Shown here: positions 38,577-51,484 of the stretch, piece after piece
Layout of the letters: each line of letters starts with the position of its first letter
Position numbering within the stretch: position 1 is the stretch's first letter
Origin: Dipteris shenzhenensis
Lineage: Eukaryota
Strand: one strand, 5' to 3'
Assembly: GCA_047967505.1 (NCBI GenBank)
Contig: CM106538.1
DNA: 64,000 bases
Program-made: the position numbers and the translations under genes
The notes under the pieces: model-generated
What the model was told of the DNA's origin: nothing
Database searches by the model: none
The model's input: only the letters and a program-made list of their open reading frames with translations

Positions 38577-38588
38577 GCTCTGATACCA
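38577..38588 (-). promoter_or_regulatory. Primer binding site, tRNA-iMet (TGGTATCAGAGC)
   Basis: Plus-strand gctctgatacca, 1 nt from the 5' LTR. Confidence 0.95.
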
Positions 38589-38589
38589 A

Positions 38590-39031
38590 TGTAACAAGAC
38601 TGCTCCTAACTGACAGTAAACTCCCCTAAATTTGGTAGAATATGCAGGAAAGTTATAGTGAAGTACCTTATGTTTCAGGAAAAAGGTAGGAGAGGAAGAT
38701 CATGGGCTGGATCTTCAACAGGGACTTGTGAGGGGCTGCACAAGGACAGGAGGAAGTCAATCCTTTTTAGAATTCAGCTGAGTATTGAACTCTTGCTGTA
38801 TATTCTATTTCAGTAATGAAGTACAAGTCATGAATGTCTTGCCAAGTACAACTAGAGCCCTTATATAGGTATGGCCCACGGTAGTACAAAGCAGTATTGC
38901 TTATGGGATTACCTCCTAGGATGCCACGTGGCAACTTATGGTATCCCCTAAAAAAAGAAGAAAACACTTACAAGCCAATAAAGGCCTTTCTACTAACTTT
39001 TAGCCTAAGTAAAAAGTAACCCTCTGTTACA
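38590..39031 (-). repeat. 5' LTR (442 bp)
   Basis: TG..CA ends, adjacent PBS, TATA-like TATATAAG on minus at ~38860-38867. Confidence 0.97.
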
Positions 39032-39038
39032 AGGAGCA

Positions 39039-39075
<37 letters not shown>

Positions 39076-39973
39076 TATGCTTTATCTTTATCTTTTCCTA
39101 TAAAAAAAGTTTGAAACAAAACTGCTTCACAGCTCAGCGGCCAAACTGGTATAGCAGGTGACCTTGGAACAAATTCCATGGAGAACTGTTGCAACCCTCA
39201 CCAGTCATGCACAGGAGTCTGTTCCCATCTGCTAAGGCAACCAATCAGCAATATACACACAAACGGATCCAAGAACATGCACAAACTCACCACATAAGTA
39301 AAACCAGAAAAAGTTCTGCCTATAAGTTGCAAACCGTCAGCTGTCTTTGTTTAGCATGGACCAACTGTTACTTTCCCCTGAATTTTTTTTAAAAAATACG
39401 TGGGTAACATCTGGTCATATTGTGTATGCATGGCAAGAATGTAAGAGGGGCATGCTCTAATGAAATTGGAGCCCAAGTAGTCACAATCATTTTAAAAATC
39501 CAGTCACACCGACTAGTGCAAGAAATATCAACTCTGATAAACGCTTAGGTGTGTGCACCTGGTTTGAAAGCTAAACACCAAGAGTTTTAACCCGATCTGC
39601 CAAAACTTAGTTCTGGAGATGCATTGCTGCTACAATAAGCTTATATCAATAATTTTGCCTATTTATAAAACTGGGCAAAAGAACCAATTGCTCTCTATAA
39701 CATGAAAGGTTTCACAGGTAAAGACATGCAAGAATTATAAGCGACACAAAGTCCTCCAACTATCGATTCAGTTACCTTTAAAAAATAGCAAGTCAAATCT
39801 TCAAACAAATCCTCCATCATTAGTCTTAGAGGTTCGTAAAAACTGAAAAGATGCTGTGACCAAAACAAAGTGGCCACCGCTTTGAAGACATCTCTACGTA
39901 TAAGGGGTGCCATAAGCACTTTACTGATAGCCGTCTCATGCTAAAAAGGGTTCAAGCTACTTCAATAGACTTC

Positions 39974-40615
39974 TTAAGCTGCAGTGGGGGCTTTCTCCAT
40001 GATCACAGTACTACCTTCCATTTCTTGGTTTCCAACCATAAGCACATCATGGAATTCCTCCTCCTCCTCAGGGAGTTTCTCCAAAGATCCAGGTCCATCA
40101 CCATCCTTTTCATCCTCAGGATATCGCACCACCACTACAGGACAATCACAATGATGAACGCAATAGTCACTAACACTTCCCAGGCGAGCTTTATGGGTTT
40201 TTTTAGAAGCTCCAAACCCTCTACTTCCCATTATAACAGCGTTGACACCGAGCCTCTCCACCTCAAGACAGATTCGTTCCTTCATGTCATGATCCTTGAC
40301 AATATGGATCTTATACGGAATTCGAGCATCCAAGATTGGCTTAGCAAGGTCAGCTGCCTTGTTCGAAGTTAAAGTATCAAAATTATCCTCAAGTTTTCGG
40401 TGTGACTCTTCCTCACTTGAGTCAATTGATTGATCCATGGCTCCCCAGTCGGCCCCATAGAGAACACTCGTAGGTTGCACATGAAGTAAAATCACAGAAT
40501 CATTTGGACGAAGGTAATTGGCAACGGCCCAACGCACAGCATAGGCACTCTCATCACTGAGGTCCACTGCAATGGCTATCTTTCGGTTCCCACTTTGCAT
40601 AGATGAAAGTGACAT
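39974..40615 (-). CDS. Universal stress protein A-like (PHOS32/PHOS34-like), 213 aa, single-exon CDS
   Basis: RKIAIAVDLSDESAYAVRWAVANYLRP, SVLYGADWG, KIHIVKDHDMKERICLEVERLG, IMGSRGFGA..LGSVSDYCVHHCDCPVVVVR; uninterrupted; in-frame TAA just upstream of the ATG; probable 5' UTR intron acceptor at 40628-40629. Confidence 0.96.
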   Translation of the reverse strand: MSLSSMQSGNRKIAIAVDLSDESAYAVRWAVANYLRPNDSVILLHVQPTSVLYGADWGAMDQSIDSSEEESHRKLEDNFDTLTSNKAADLAKPILDARIPYKIHIVKDHDMKERICLEVERLGVNAVIMGSRGFGASKKTHKARLGSVSDYCVHHCDCPVVVVRYPEDEKDGDGPGSLEKLPEEEEEFHDVLMVGNQEMEGSTVIMEKAPTAA

Positions 40616-41547
40616 GCTGAGTTAAACCTGCAGCGATTGTTCAATAGGCACTCAATGAAAAAGAACTGTGAGGGAATTGTCAACATGCGGATTAACCGGA
40701 AACAAAAGCTCTAACAGGATCGAACAGTCAGGTAGCATAACTATACTTGACTTTGCGAAGTTACCTGAAACAAAAACTCAGCACATGCTCAAATAAAAAT
40801 AAAACAAGCAGGAAAGAAACAAAATCGGAATGACAGCGCTTACTAGATATCTACTTCTCAGATATTGCTAGAGCATCTTTTGTATCTTAAGTCTTCTAGG
40901 TCTACTTCTACCTACGGCGAACCAGCCAGGACGCTGCAGTCCTTAAGTACATAAACGAATCGCCATACACAACTCAGTAGGGATAGCTGCATTCCAGTGA
41001 GTAAAAGGGGACAGAGAGGAGAAGGGAAGATGGTGAAAGGGAGACGTGGGTGAAGAAGGTAAAGGGTAGAAGAAGGGCAATAGGACAAAGGACAGCGGTA
41101 AGGAAAGAAAAGAAAGCAAAAGGAAGAAGAAAGCGCAGATGGGTACCTGGGGGGGATGGTATGTTGAAGTTGGAGAGGTCCTTGGAAGAAGAAGGTAGGC
41201 GATGGGAAAGCTGTACAGGAGAGTGAAAAGGGAGGAGGGCGATGTGGGCGATGTCACAGCGAAAGCGTATATTAGAGAGAGAGACCCAAAACAAGTGGGT
41301 GCATCCACAGCTAAATGCTCCTAGCATTTTGTGCCCACCCCCCCAAATATGGAAACCCCAAACCCCCCGCCCCCCCCCCCCAATACCCACTTCTCTAGTT
41401 GGGAAATTTGACTTTTTTGTGCCCACTCGCTCTCCATCCCAACTTTTGCCCCAAGTTGGGTTGCCAATCTCATGGGCACTACACGCACAAGCTCCTAGTC
41501 ATGCATGAGCATGTTTGCACCAATGTGTCAATGCATCCATGCAAAGA

Positions 41548-41550
41548 TCT

Positions 41551-41607
<57 letters not shown>

Positions 41608-41987
41608 CTATCTCTATCTCTATCTCTATCTATCTATATATTTATTTATTTATTTAGATGGACATACATATGGGGGGCGGGGGGTGTGTGTGTGTGTAAC
41701 ACACACAAAAGAACGAGTGTGTCACATAGACATACATACATACAAGCACATACACTTATCCATTTATTTATCTATATGTAAAGACGCATATGCATATGTA
41801 TATGCTATGCACATACATACATAAACCTATACATGCATGTCTATGTGTATATGCATATGCGCCTGTATAGATATGCATACATAAACAACAAGTACTCGTG
41901 AGCACTGCCTTAAGTTCTGCCAGATGCAAACGATTGTCAAGATGAATGGACGATGAAACCACTTGCAAATGCAAAAAGATTTGCAAA

Positions 41988-42018
<31 letters not shown>

Positions 42019-42020
42019 TG
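41548..42020. repeat. Microsatellite cluster (CT)n, (CTAT)n, (TG)n and RY-rich tracts upstream of the USP gene
   Basis: Direct observation. Confidence 0.9.
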
Positions 42021-42035
42021 AACCCAATATCTAAT

Positions 42036-43000
42036 CTAGTGGAGGAGTAGAGAATAGGGTCTCAATGGATTAGGACATCTGCCAAAAAGCCAAAAAATTT
42101 TCCCAAACCTGTTATTTGGGAATCTAAGGCTTAAAAACCTGGAGATCTTTTGAGTCAAGAACCTGGAGCATTGACAAAACCATAATAAGTGTGGTACTAT
42201 CTCTGCATGTGCCTGGCATCGTAAACATGTAGCTGTGGCAGTAGCTATCTTCCTCTTAATCAAAGTAGTTCCAACTAGCAATGTTCCAGTAATGCAACAC
42301 CAAAGAAATAATCTTTGTTTTGAGAGGCAGCTTGGCCTTCCATAAAATACTCAAGTTCCTTGACCACCAAGAGAGGGATTTTTGCATATGCCATAAATGA
42401 TTTGCATCAGTGTGTATCCAAGGCATGGGCTGTAGTAGCCTGTATGTTGTCATAGAGGTGAGTTTGCTTAAAGCCACAGGCCGCATATTCAGCCCTTTAG
42501 GATATAACTTCCAGTCAGCTAACATATTATAATGTGAGAGTTGGGGAATGGGCAAGAAAGGCTGCAGAAGATCTTTTATTTTTTTCCAGGATAGACCTAT
42601 GGTGCATTCCAAGCGTGTATTTGGCCATGACCTATGGAAAAGTAAGAATTTGCCCCTGTTCATCTACCACATCTGCAATGCATCTGATACCCATTTTGCT
42701 CAGGTTATATGATTGGACAAGCTCTTGACAAGCAAGAGGAGGATCAAAAACAGCACTCCAAAGGATGCTCTCACCCCTTAAAGAATTAGCATTAGGGTTT
42801 GCAGGATCCCATTTGATATTGAACAGGACCTGTTTCCAATCATGAATGAGTGCCAAGGCGAAGGGGCAGCCTGGGATTTTCCCCATGAATTTCCCAAGTA
42901 AAAGCTCCCAGACATCCACTTCTCATTTGCCATAAAAGCTCTATGGACCATCTGGACTGAACATAATATGGCATACATGCATAAACACTTCAAGCAGCCC
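42036..43000 (-). mobile_element. LINE ORF2 3' fragment (zf-RVT-like region)
   Basis: LWKAKLPLKTKI..TCLRCQAHAEIVPHLLWFC; GIRCIADVVDEQG; frameshifted. Confidence 0.75.
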
Positions 43001-43182
43001 TATGAATTCTTCAGAGCTTCCTTAAGGCAATCAGTTTATGATGCTTGTAAGTAAGGTGATCTAGACAGGTCCTGCATGGAGATAGTTTCTATGTGTTTTT
43101 GATTTGGCCTCTCTGCTTTTAGGAGACTCTTTGTATAATATTAATCTTATAATATAAGCCCTAGGAATTACCCAAAAAAAAT

Positions 43183-43281
43183 ATGTGTGTGTGTGTGTGT
43201 GTGTGTGCGTGTGTGTGTGTGAGAGAGAGAGAGTGTGTGTGTGTGTGTTCTCAAAAAAAGAAAGTGTGTGTGTGAGTGTGT

Positions 43282-43332
<51 letters not shown>
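43183..43332. repeat. Compound (TG)n/(GA)n microsatellite
   Basis: Direct observation. Confidence 0.95.
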
Positions 43333-43334
<2 letters not shown>

Positions 43335-43789
43335 CCAAAATGGAAGGGGGCCACTTGGCAACAAAGTGTGTGGGACACTTTTTAATAAAATTGTAATAAG
43401 TGGAGCACTCCCTGGAAGGCAGTGCTAACAAATACATACACATACATGTCTATGTGGATATGCATATGCATATGTGTAGATATGGACACATGCAGACATG
43501 CACATGCGTGCATTACACACACACACACACAAACAAAAGCTCAATTATACTTAAACTTGTATAAAGTTTGATTTGAACGTACTTTCTTATTGACCCCATA
43601 TGCCATGTTTTCTTGTTCCATGTGTTGGGATCTAGATACACTAATTTCTAGATCACTGGGTCCCAGATCCCTAGTTTCAAATGTACTGCTTCCAAGTTTC
43701 GGATCCCTTTGTCCCGAATGCCTAGTTCCAAATCCATGGCTTCCAAGTTTCTGATTTACATAACCTCTTCTTTAACATTGAGGAACACT

Positions 43790-44950
43790 TTTTTGTAGCA
43801 TATACCTAAAGGTTATACATAAACGAATATAAATAAAAGAAATATGATTATATAGCTGTAGATCACAACACCGTGTCCAATCTATCACAAATCTCCCATC
43901 CTTGATTGGCATCTTTGAGAGCATCTTCTAACCAATTAATGGTGCATTTAGAAGTCATTATTGATAACTCTGGGGGATAAGGCCTATCTCTCTTGGTCCT
44001 TCATGATGACTTTCTATCCACCTCTCCTTCATCTCTTTCTCCTTCATATTGTTTGATCCATTTTTGCAGTTCTCCACAAATGGAAAGACAGCAGGTGTTC
44101 ACTTTGAGTTTCAAGGATATATTCATTTTCTTTTTCTTCCCTTCCCTTATACAATCTCTACTGCAACCTGTGCATCACTGGTATCATCCCAAAGTCAAGG
44201 CATATCTAGATTGGTTTGCATAAGAAAATTTATAACATGCTACCCTCTCATCTAGCTTTTTGACTTACACACCCTTGCAACACCTCAAAAATAGTTCAAA
44301 GAAAGACATGCACTGCCCATGCAAAGTTTCTGCATATGCTACTTCATCTATCAAGTGCATGATTAGATGTGGTGTGTCCATAATACTTGTTCTACTCTAG
44401 CTACAAAGATAGCTAGCTTCCTTATTGTACTCTCTTTTTTAATGGAAATGCCTTTTCAATCAAAGATATGACATTACTGGATAAAATTCTCATTTCCTAA
44501 ATGGATGATTTATTTCTCTCTTTTGATGATATATCCACCGGCATATACCCATCAGATATAAATTAGAACTGACTTTGTCAATGAGAAGGAAAATTAGACA
44601 TGCACATTAGACCCTCCAACATACCTTATAAATACAGTGAGCTTATTGATGGCATTCAATGCATCTTTAGTACCACATCAGTGCAAAGCAAGCGGAAGTA
44701 CAAACCATAGTAACAATAATGTATCAATAAATGAAAACAAAAGTGAATTTTTTTTTTGAGTTCAAGTGGAAATAATGTTACTTGTATCATTTTGTGCCAA
44801 TCATGTGACTTGAGACCACTTACTTTTTTAAGTACAGGCATATTATTTCCAATATCATTTTTTGCCAATCGTGTGACTTGAGATCACTTATTTTTCAATT
44901 CAAAGTAAAGCAATCCATCAAGCTACGCATACACCCAATCGGGGGTTTTC
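43790..44950 (-). mobile_element. Second CACTA transposase relic, inverted paralog of ~23130-24295
   Basis: Reverse-complement match (ORFs 43993/44049 mirror 23865/23833); KVSGLKSHDWHKM in ORF 44656-44868; same GLKSHDW duplication. Confidence 0.9.
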
Positions 44951-44952
44951 AT

Positions 44953-45594
44953 CACACTCGAGGGATCAACCATGCAACCCTCAACCAAGGTAGCATCCTG
45001 ACCTATCAATCGCTTCTCATCTTAGTTGGCAGCACGGTATGCTGCCTTGTTATATTATTAAAAGCATTTTGATTCCAAGAAAAACTCACCTACATCCATA
45101 TGTTGTAGTCTTAGGTGAGTGTCTAGGTTAGGCAGCCTTGGTCAGTTCCATGTGTGCTAGGTGAGTAGGGTCCTGATAGTTTGCACTCAATCCATGCACA
45201 ACACCCCACCAACAAAATCTAGGCCTAAGGGCAAGAGCCAAAATTCCTCCCCCCATGCATAGTCCATGTTTTTAGGGTCCGCCATTCTTCAAGGAGGTTA
45301 CCCTACTGACAACCCTTCCAATTGTAAAATAGGCTAAGTTAGAGCCCTCGACTAGGTCACAAAATATCACAAAATGTCAAGAAATGTCCAAAATTCCCTA
45401 AAAATGCCACAAGAAGGGCCAACTTGAAAAACATGTTGAATTAAGGATAACCCAGCACATGTTGAATTAGCAATTTAGGGTACATTGGGTGAATAAGCCA
45501 ACGTGGACCACATTAAATAGCCCAATGCCATGTGGGGATACCAAGTCAGTGCATAACGTGATAGTAGTTCAGTGCTCCTCTAATTCAATGCATG
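44953..45594. repeat. ~640-bp direct repeat of 47181-47804 (both inverted paralogs of ~20690-21310)
   Basis: Runs from cacactcgagggatcaac to tcctctaattcaatgcatg in both copies. Confidence 0.9.
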
Positions 45595-45599
45595 CTGAC

Positions 45600-45900
45600 T
45601 TAGCTTCCCCCCCCTCTACCTTCTTCGTGATCAGTGTAGTACCACTCCCTTTTGTCGTCAACTTGTCTGAATTGCCATCTTAGCTTTGAACCTCTGACCT
45701 TTACTTCCTAAAGTGCTATAGAGTCAGGGGTGAGACCTTTGCTTCTGATCCATCTTTTGAGAATTGTTGGTCTAAGATCATTTGATAATCCTTGGACATT
45801 GAGACTAAGGAAGGTGAATAGGTCTTGTTTTTGCATCATTGGGTATTGATTTTGTTTCTTTCTTCTTAAAATCCACTTGCAGCACAAGGTTGAAGCCTCT
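45600..45900 (-). mobile_element. LINE ORF2 endonuclease N-terminal fragment
   Basis: FLSLNVQGLS..IAL*EVK..HEEGRGG, matching APE motifs NV.GL, LQE and GRGG. Confidence 0.7.
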
Positions 45901-45909
45901 TTATAGCCT

Positions 45910-45949
<40 letters not shown>

Positions 45950-46334
45950 CTTCTACTGCTGGCTCCTTAGGCTTCTCGTCCAAAGGAGCTAAGTGAAGAC
46001 CACCTTTCAGCCTAGAAGATTTTTCTAAATTTCACTAGAGTAAAGGGGGGGTTGTCTCTAATTCAGCGCACACTGAATTAATTTTCTATAAAAAAGGACC
46101 CTCCATCAAAAGATAAGCTTGGGGTCAGTCCTTGGAATCATGGCCTGTATCTAGTGCTTATCGTAATCTACTCAGGCCATAAGGGGAGATTTGGGGTAAA
46201 AAAGGGCCCTCTAGCTTGAGGGCCTAATTCTTCCTCTAATCAAAAAATTAGCAATCCACCAATGCAGAGGCTCAAGCCTTTAAAGAAATTTGGAAATTTC
46301 CCTCCTCCTCATTGGTGGAAGGAAATGCTTGTCA

Positions 46335-48915
46335 GAACCTTTACCCCTTTTACTAATGTAAAGGGGAATTCAAATACTCAACAGGTGATCTTGGCCATCG
46401 GATTAGGGACGAGAACCAAGGTGTCAATCTATCTTATTCATAGTGATTGATCTTGCAAGATCCAATGGTTCAGATAGTGTGGCGCACATTACATTCAATG
46501 GGCATGGCGGCTGCATTTAGACCATTAAATCTACAAGATCTAATGGACATTGTTGACTATGTAACAAGGCAGACCTCACATGTTACAGCCACATTAATGT
46601 TCAATGAGTGTTCAATTTTGACCATTAGATCTACATTGGATCTAACGTCACCTATAGAAGGGGGCAGAAGGCTGTGCTTCACACACAAGCTCGCCTCCAC
46701 ACATGTGGGGAAAAGTTGGTAGTCCTCTCTTAGGGTGTGTTGCCAACCAATTGTGCCCATTGGATGTTCTCTCATCCTATAGCTACAAAAAGACATGCAT
46801 TGTGATCTGTTAGATGGATGAGGTTCATCCAATGGCACACATTAGGTGATTCACGCGTGCCCTTAGATTGGCCTTTGATCCAAAGGTGGACAATCAGTGT
46901 GGCACATGAGCCATTTGATTCCATCTTAGTTCATGGGATTGCTCGAGTCATTTAATGCAAGAAGCTGATCCCTTTGATGGTGATGTTGATCCAAGGGTGA
47001 GGATTAGGCACCTCATGTACGCCCTTGGATGGGAAGGAGATCTAAAGGTGGAGAAAAGGTGCTTCATGCCCACCTTTAGATCCCTAAAAAAAATGTAGCA
47101 TCACTTGCTAAGGTCAATGACCTGCAACAAGTCAACATAGTACTATTGCCTCGGAACGGAGTGACTAAAATCACCATTGACACACTCGAGGGATCAACAT
47201 GCAACCCTCACCTATCAATCGCTTCTCATCTTAGTTGGTGACAGGATATGCTGCCTTGTTATTTTCTTAAAAGCATTTTGATTCCAAGAAAAACTCACCT
47301 ACATCCATATGTTGTAGTCTTAGGTGAGTGTCTAGGTTAGGCAACCCTGGTCAGTTCCACGTGTGCTAGGTGAGTAGGGTCCTGATAGTCTGCATTCAAT
47401 CCATGCACAACACCCCACCAACAAAGTCTAGGCCTAAGGGCAAGAGTCAAAATTCCTCCCCCCACGCATAGTCCATGTTTTTAGGGTCTGCCATTCTTCA
47501 AGGAGGTCACCCTACTGACAACCGTTCCAATTGTAAAATAGGCTAAGTTAGAGCCCTCGACCACGTCACAAAATATCACAAAATGTTAAGAAATGTCCAA
47601 AATTCCCAAAAAATGATGCAAGAAGGGCCAACTTGAAAAACATGTTGAATTAAGGCTAACCCAGCACATGTTGAATTAGCAATTTAGGGTACGTTGGGTT
47701 AATAAGCCAACGTGAACCATGTTAAATAGCCCAATGCCATGTGGGGATACTAAGTCAGTGCACAACGTGATAGTAGTTCAATGCTCCTCTAATTCAATGC
47801 ATGATGAATTAGCTAATTCAATGCACACTTAATTAATTTTCTATAAAAAGAGACCCCCTGGAAAAAAATTCACTGCGATACCCATTGTAACCAGACTTTG
47901 CCGAAATTTCTCCAAAACTTTCCACAGCCTCCAAAACTGATTCCCAACCCTCCTGGCTACCCCCATCTACATGAATTCTAGCGTCAAAAGTTCTGATGAC
48001 TCCTTAAATGACCTCTTCCAAATTATTACACATTTGGCCAATGACCCTCCCAAGGGGAAACAACCGGTCTCACCACCCCATCCACTAGTCTCGCCACTCC
48101 ATCCAACACTATCTCCACTGCCACAGCTCCTCCCACCTCTACCATTCCCGCTCAGTAACTCCATCCATCTCTCTACCCCTCCTTGATCCCATTATCAAAG
48201 AACAACTGACCATGGAACCTAGTCCCAATCCCAGCCTCAAGAATCTGGATAGGCATCCACTTCCCAACCAACTAAGCGATGCAAACTAATTCCAACAACC
48301 CCACTATACATAGAGCACTCAGTGACCCTACAAATACATCCCCCCTAGCACACCAATGGCTAGAATCTCTTCAAGGCATGGTGATTCATTCTCTTTTCTG
48401 CTATACAATCCCAATCTTGATTTCATCCTCTAGTATCGCAGCTACCAATGCTATTGGGCTTGCCATAGCCCCAAAGTTTAGCCTTACCTAGAAGCACTTG
48501 GGCTCATGGCTTAGGGTTTACATTTTTATTGATGAACTAGGCACCATGCACCACTTTCAAATCATCATTGATGCCATCAAGTCCGTCTTTGGTTTCCTAG
48601 CCCCATGACCGAACCATTTGTGAAAGTGTAGCACTCGAAATAGAAAATTGCACCCCCTGTCGATTAGGATAGTTGTCGCCACCACAAGGGAGGCATTCCA
48701 TTTGATATTATTAAAGATAAATCTTTTGTCAAGCCAGCCCAGGTGCTCTGCTTCCTAACAAAGGGGATATGTTAAGTCATCATAATGTCATCATGCCTAA
48801 TCTATTTCTTTGACTCCTTGACATGTATGCAAAAGTCTCAGATCATACAATTGTGGCCTCCATTGGATTTTTGATCATTTTGTTATAGGATATTCCTAAA
48901 AGATTTCCAACAGTG
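46335..48915 (+). repeat. Inverted paralog of 19612-22164 joined to 16090-16198
   Basis: ORFs 47971-48186 and 46447-46722 mirror 20268-20495 and 21888-22166; junction tgactccttga|catgtatgcaaaagtc at ~48821 skips ~3.4 kb. Confidence 0.9.
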
Positions 48916-48919
48916 GAAG

Positions 48920-51430
48920 TTGTAACATACTCCTCTGAAAGCCAAAGGAGTTTCCTACCCCGGTCGCGTGTGATGCACATACCTTGAGTATAACCTGCCG
49001 GTCCTAAATCCTTCATGTCAAAGGCCTCATGCAACTTGTCCTTTAATGCATCTAGCTCATAAGTGTTCTTGCTAGCCAATAACATATCATCCACATAAAA
49101 TGCCAGAAGTATCAAAATATGATCCTTAGCCCATTTAGTGTAGAGGCAGTGATCAATTTCATTCCTTCTGAAACCCTGGGACAGAATGAAAGCATCAAAA
49201 CCGGAGAAAAGATCTCATCAAACTCCACACCCTTCTCTTTCTTGAACCCTTTAGCAATCAAACGATGTTTTTACTTGGGCACGTCATCACCTGTGACCTT
49301 CATCTTGTAGACCCATTACATGGCAGTGCTTTCTTTCCATGTGGCAAAGAATCCAAGTCCCAAGTCTTATTCTTCATGAGTGAACTCATCTTTGATTGCA
49401 TAGCATACTCCCAGCTGCGCTGATCCTCACACATCATAGCCTCTCTATAACAAGAAGGCTCCTTGAAATCAGTAAGCATCACATAGTCTGTGAAATCAGT
49501 AAGCATCACATAGTCTATGAAATCAGTAAGCATCACATAGTCTACCCCTGGAACAAATCTATGAGGCACTCTAGACATTCTAGTTGATCTTCTCAAGGGC
49601 ATTTCAGGTAGCTATCCCACTTGCATATCATCCACATTTGGCTCATAATTTCCACCAATAAATGATCCATCATATTCCCTTGATTCTGTACCTATGGGAG
49701 TATAAGGTGGCACCATTTCTTGTACATTTGATGCATGGACAACTTGCTGTCTATCAATATCCACGAGAGGATTCGCATCCTGGAAAGTGATTCTCCTCAT
49801 TTCCACATCCCTCATGGGTGTCTTATGCATCTTCTTCTCATTAATACCACATCATGGCTTCATATGATCTTCTTTGCTTCTGGATCCCATAGACGATAGC
49901 CCATCTCTCCACTTTCACCACAACCCAGAAAGATGCGTATTTCCTAGACTTAAGATCTAGCTTCTTCTGAAGCTCTTTTGACACATGTGCAGATGCCTCA
50001 CGCTCAAATATATGAAAAGGAGAGTAAGAGGGCTTCTTGCCACTCCATGCCTCTTCAAGAATACCACCATCCAAACTCTTAGTAGGTGAACTATTGATCA
50101 CATGCACTCCAATCTTCATTGCCTCATCCCAAAAACCACCAGAAAGACTTGCATAGGAAAGCTTACATTGCAACCTTTCCTAAATAGTATAGTTCATCTT
50201 ACCTGCAACTGGATTTTGCTCTAGAGTATGAGGGGACGTGAGCTCCCTCTTGATCCCACGTGCATCATAGAAATGCTAAAAGTCATGAGAGAGATAGCCT
50301 CCATCATTGTCAACCCGTAGGTATTTAAGCATTTTACTTGACTAATTTTCAACCAAAGCCAGCCATTTTTGAAATATTTGGAACACATAGCTCTTCATAG
50401 ACATAGCATAAGCCCACACTTTCCTAGTTGCATCATAATGTCACATAGTATTCACCCCACCTAATGACCATGTAGGCATGGGACCACATATGTCTGAATG
50501 CACCAAATCAAGCTTTGCAAGCTCAGCTTTGAAAAACCTTTGTTTCCCCTTCTTTTATGGGCTGATTTAATCTACTTCCCATAAAGACAATGCTCACAAA
50601 ATTCAAAGTAAAAAAAACTCAAATGCAGTACATCATTCCAGCTCATGTGCCCCAACCGGCAATTCCACAAAGAAGTACTTGGCTACTCGGTTATTACGAC
50701 AACATGATCAGAAACCCTTGATACATGTAAGGGATACAATGTCCCACACTTGGCACCCCTTGCCAAAACCATAGAGCCTTTTTTGAATTTTCAAACTCTA
50801 AAATCCAAAGATGGTTTGAAGACCAGCATCATCTAGTTGACCCCCTGAAATGAGCCTCTTGTCAGCTTAGGCACATGTCTCACATTTTTCAAAACAAATG
50901 CAGACCCATTTGCAAAAGAAAACTTTATGTCACCTGCTCCCACTATGTTACATGCATAGAGATGCACACAACCTGTCTTTCCATTGTCAGTTATTTCTAA
51001 GATGCACACAACCTGTCTTTACATTGTCATAAGTGGAGAACCATTCCATAGGGGGAGTAGCATGGAATGAAGCACCAGAATCCAAAATCCAATCCTAGAA
51101 ATATGCATCATCTAAAGTGGTAAGCAACTCTGTAGGTAGACTAGGCATGAAGAGAATGTCAGTGTCACTATTATCAGTGACGGCATTAATCTCCTCGATC
51201 TTCACTTTTCTTTTGTCCTCCCTTGGACTCTCTTTCTTCTTATTTGCACGCCAATTCGCATTTTTTTAAAAATTAATTTGCTCTCTTTTCAGCTTGTAGC
51301 AATCCTTTTTCATGTGGCCCTTCTTGCCACAATGATAACACTCAATGTTCTGTGCCCAGGATTTGCTACGAGACTTCCCTCTTTCTTGGAACTTCCCCCT
51401 AGACTATGATCTATCCTTTGCCCATTTAAG
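48920..51430 (-). mobile_element. Degenerate Ty1/copia polyprotein (gag knuckle, PR, INT, partial RT)
   Basis: CYHCGKKGHMKKDC (~51300-51342), ILDSGASFH (~51060-51090), LDLVHSDICGPM (~50478-50513), KYLRVDNDGG (~50298-50330), KNKTWDL..LPHGKKALPC, LAFYVDDML; INT precedes RT. Confidence 0.92.
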
Positions 51431-51484
51431 GTTGCATCCTCCTTCTTGCCTTCCATAGACTGTCGTCTAAAATAGCATCCCACA

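Larger units (their letters stand above)
31703..39031 (-). mobile_element. Full-length Ty3/gypsy chromovirus-type LTR retrotransposon, 5-bp TSD AGGAG
   Basis: LTRs 31703-32051 and 38590-39031 with TG..CA ends; AGGAG at 31698-31702 and 39032-39036; PBS, PPT and gag-PR-RT-RH-INT-chromodomain order all present. Confidence 0.98.

Noticed and set aside
38881-38930. 5S rRNA-like stretch in the LTR (gtagtac..atgggattacctcctaggatgccacgtg), suggesting a Cassandra-like LTR
   Set aside because: Only ~30 nt of loose similarity, antisense to the element, spacing broken by ~11 extra nt, and no A-box; likely chance. A 5S covariance-model search would settle it.
39938-40372. 144-aa plus-strand ORF
   Set aside because: Antisense to the USP CDS; no independent evidence.
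40943-41426. Ser/Pro-rich ORFs as an N-terminal coding exon of the USP
   Set aside because: An in-frame TAA lies between the 40628 acceptor and the ATG, so upstream exons would be 5' UTR; the ORFs reflect pyrimidine-rich composition.
41399-43443. ORFs with LSLSLS and HTHTHT runs
   Set aside because: Translations of microsatellites.
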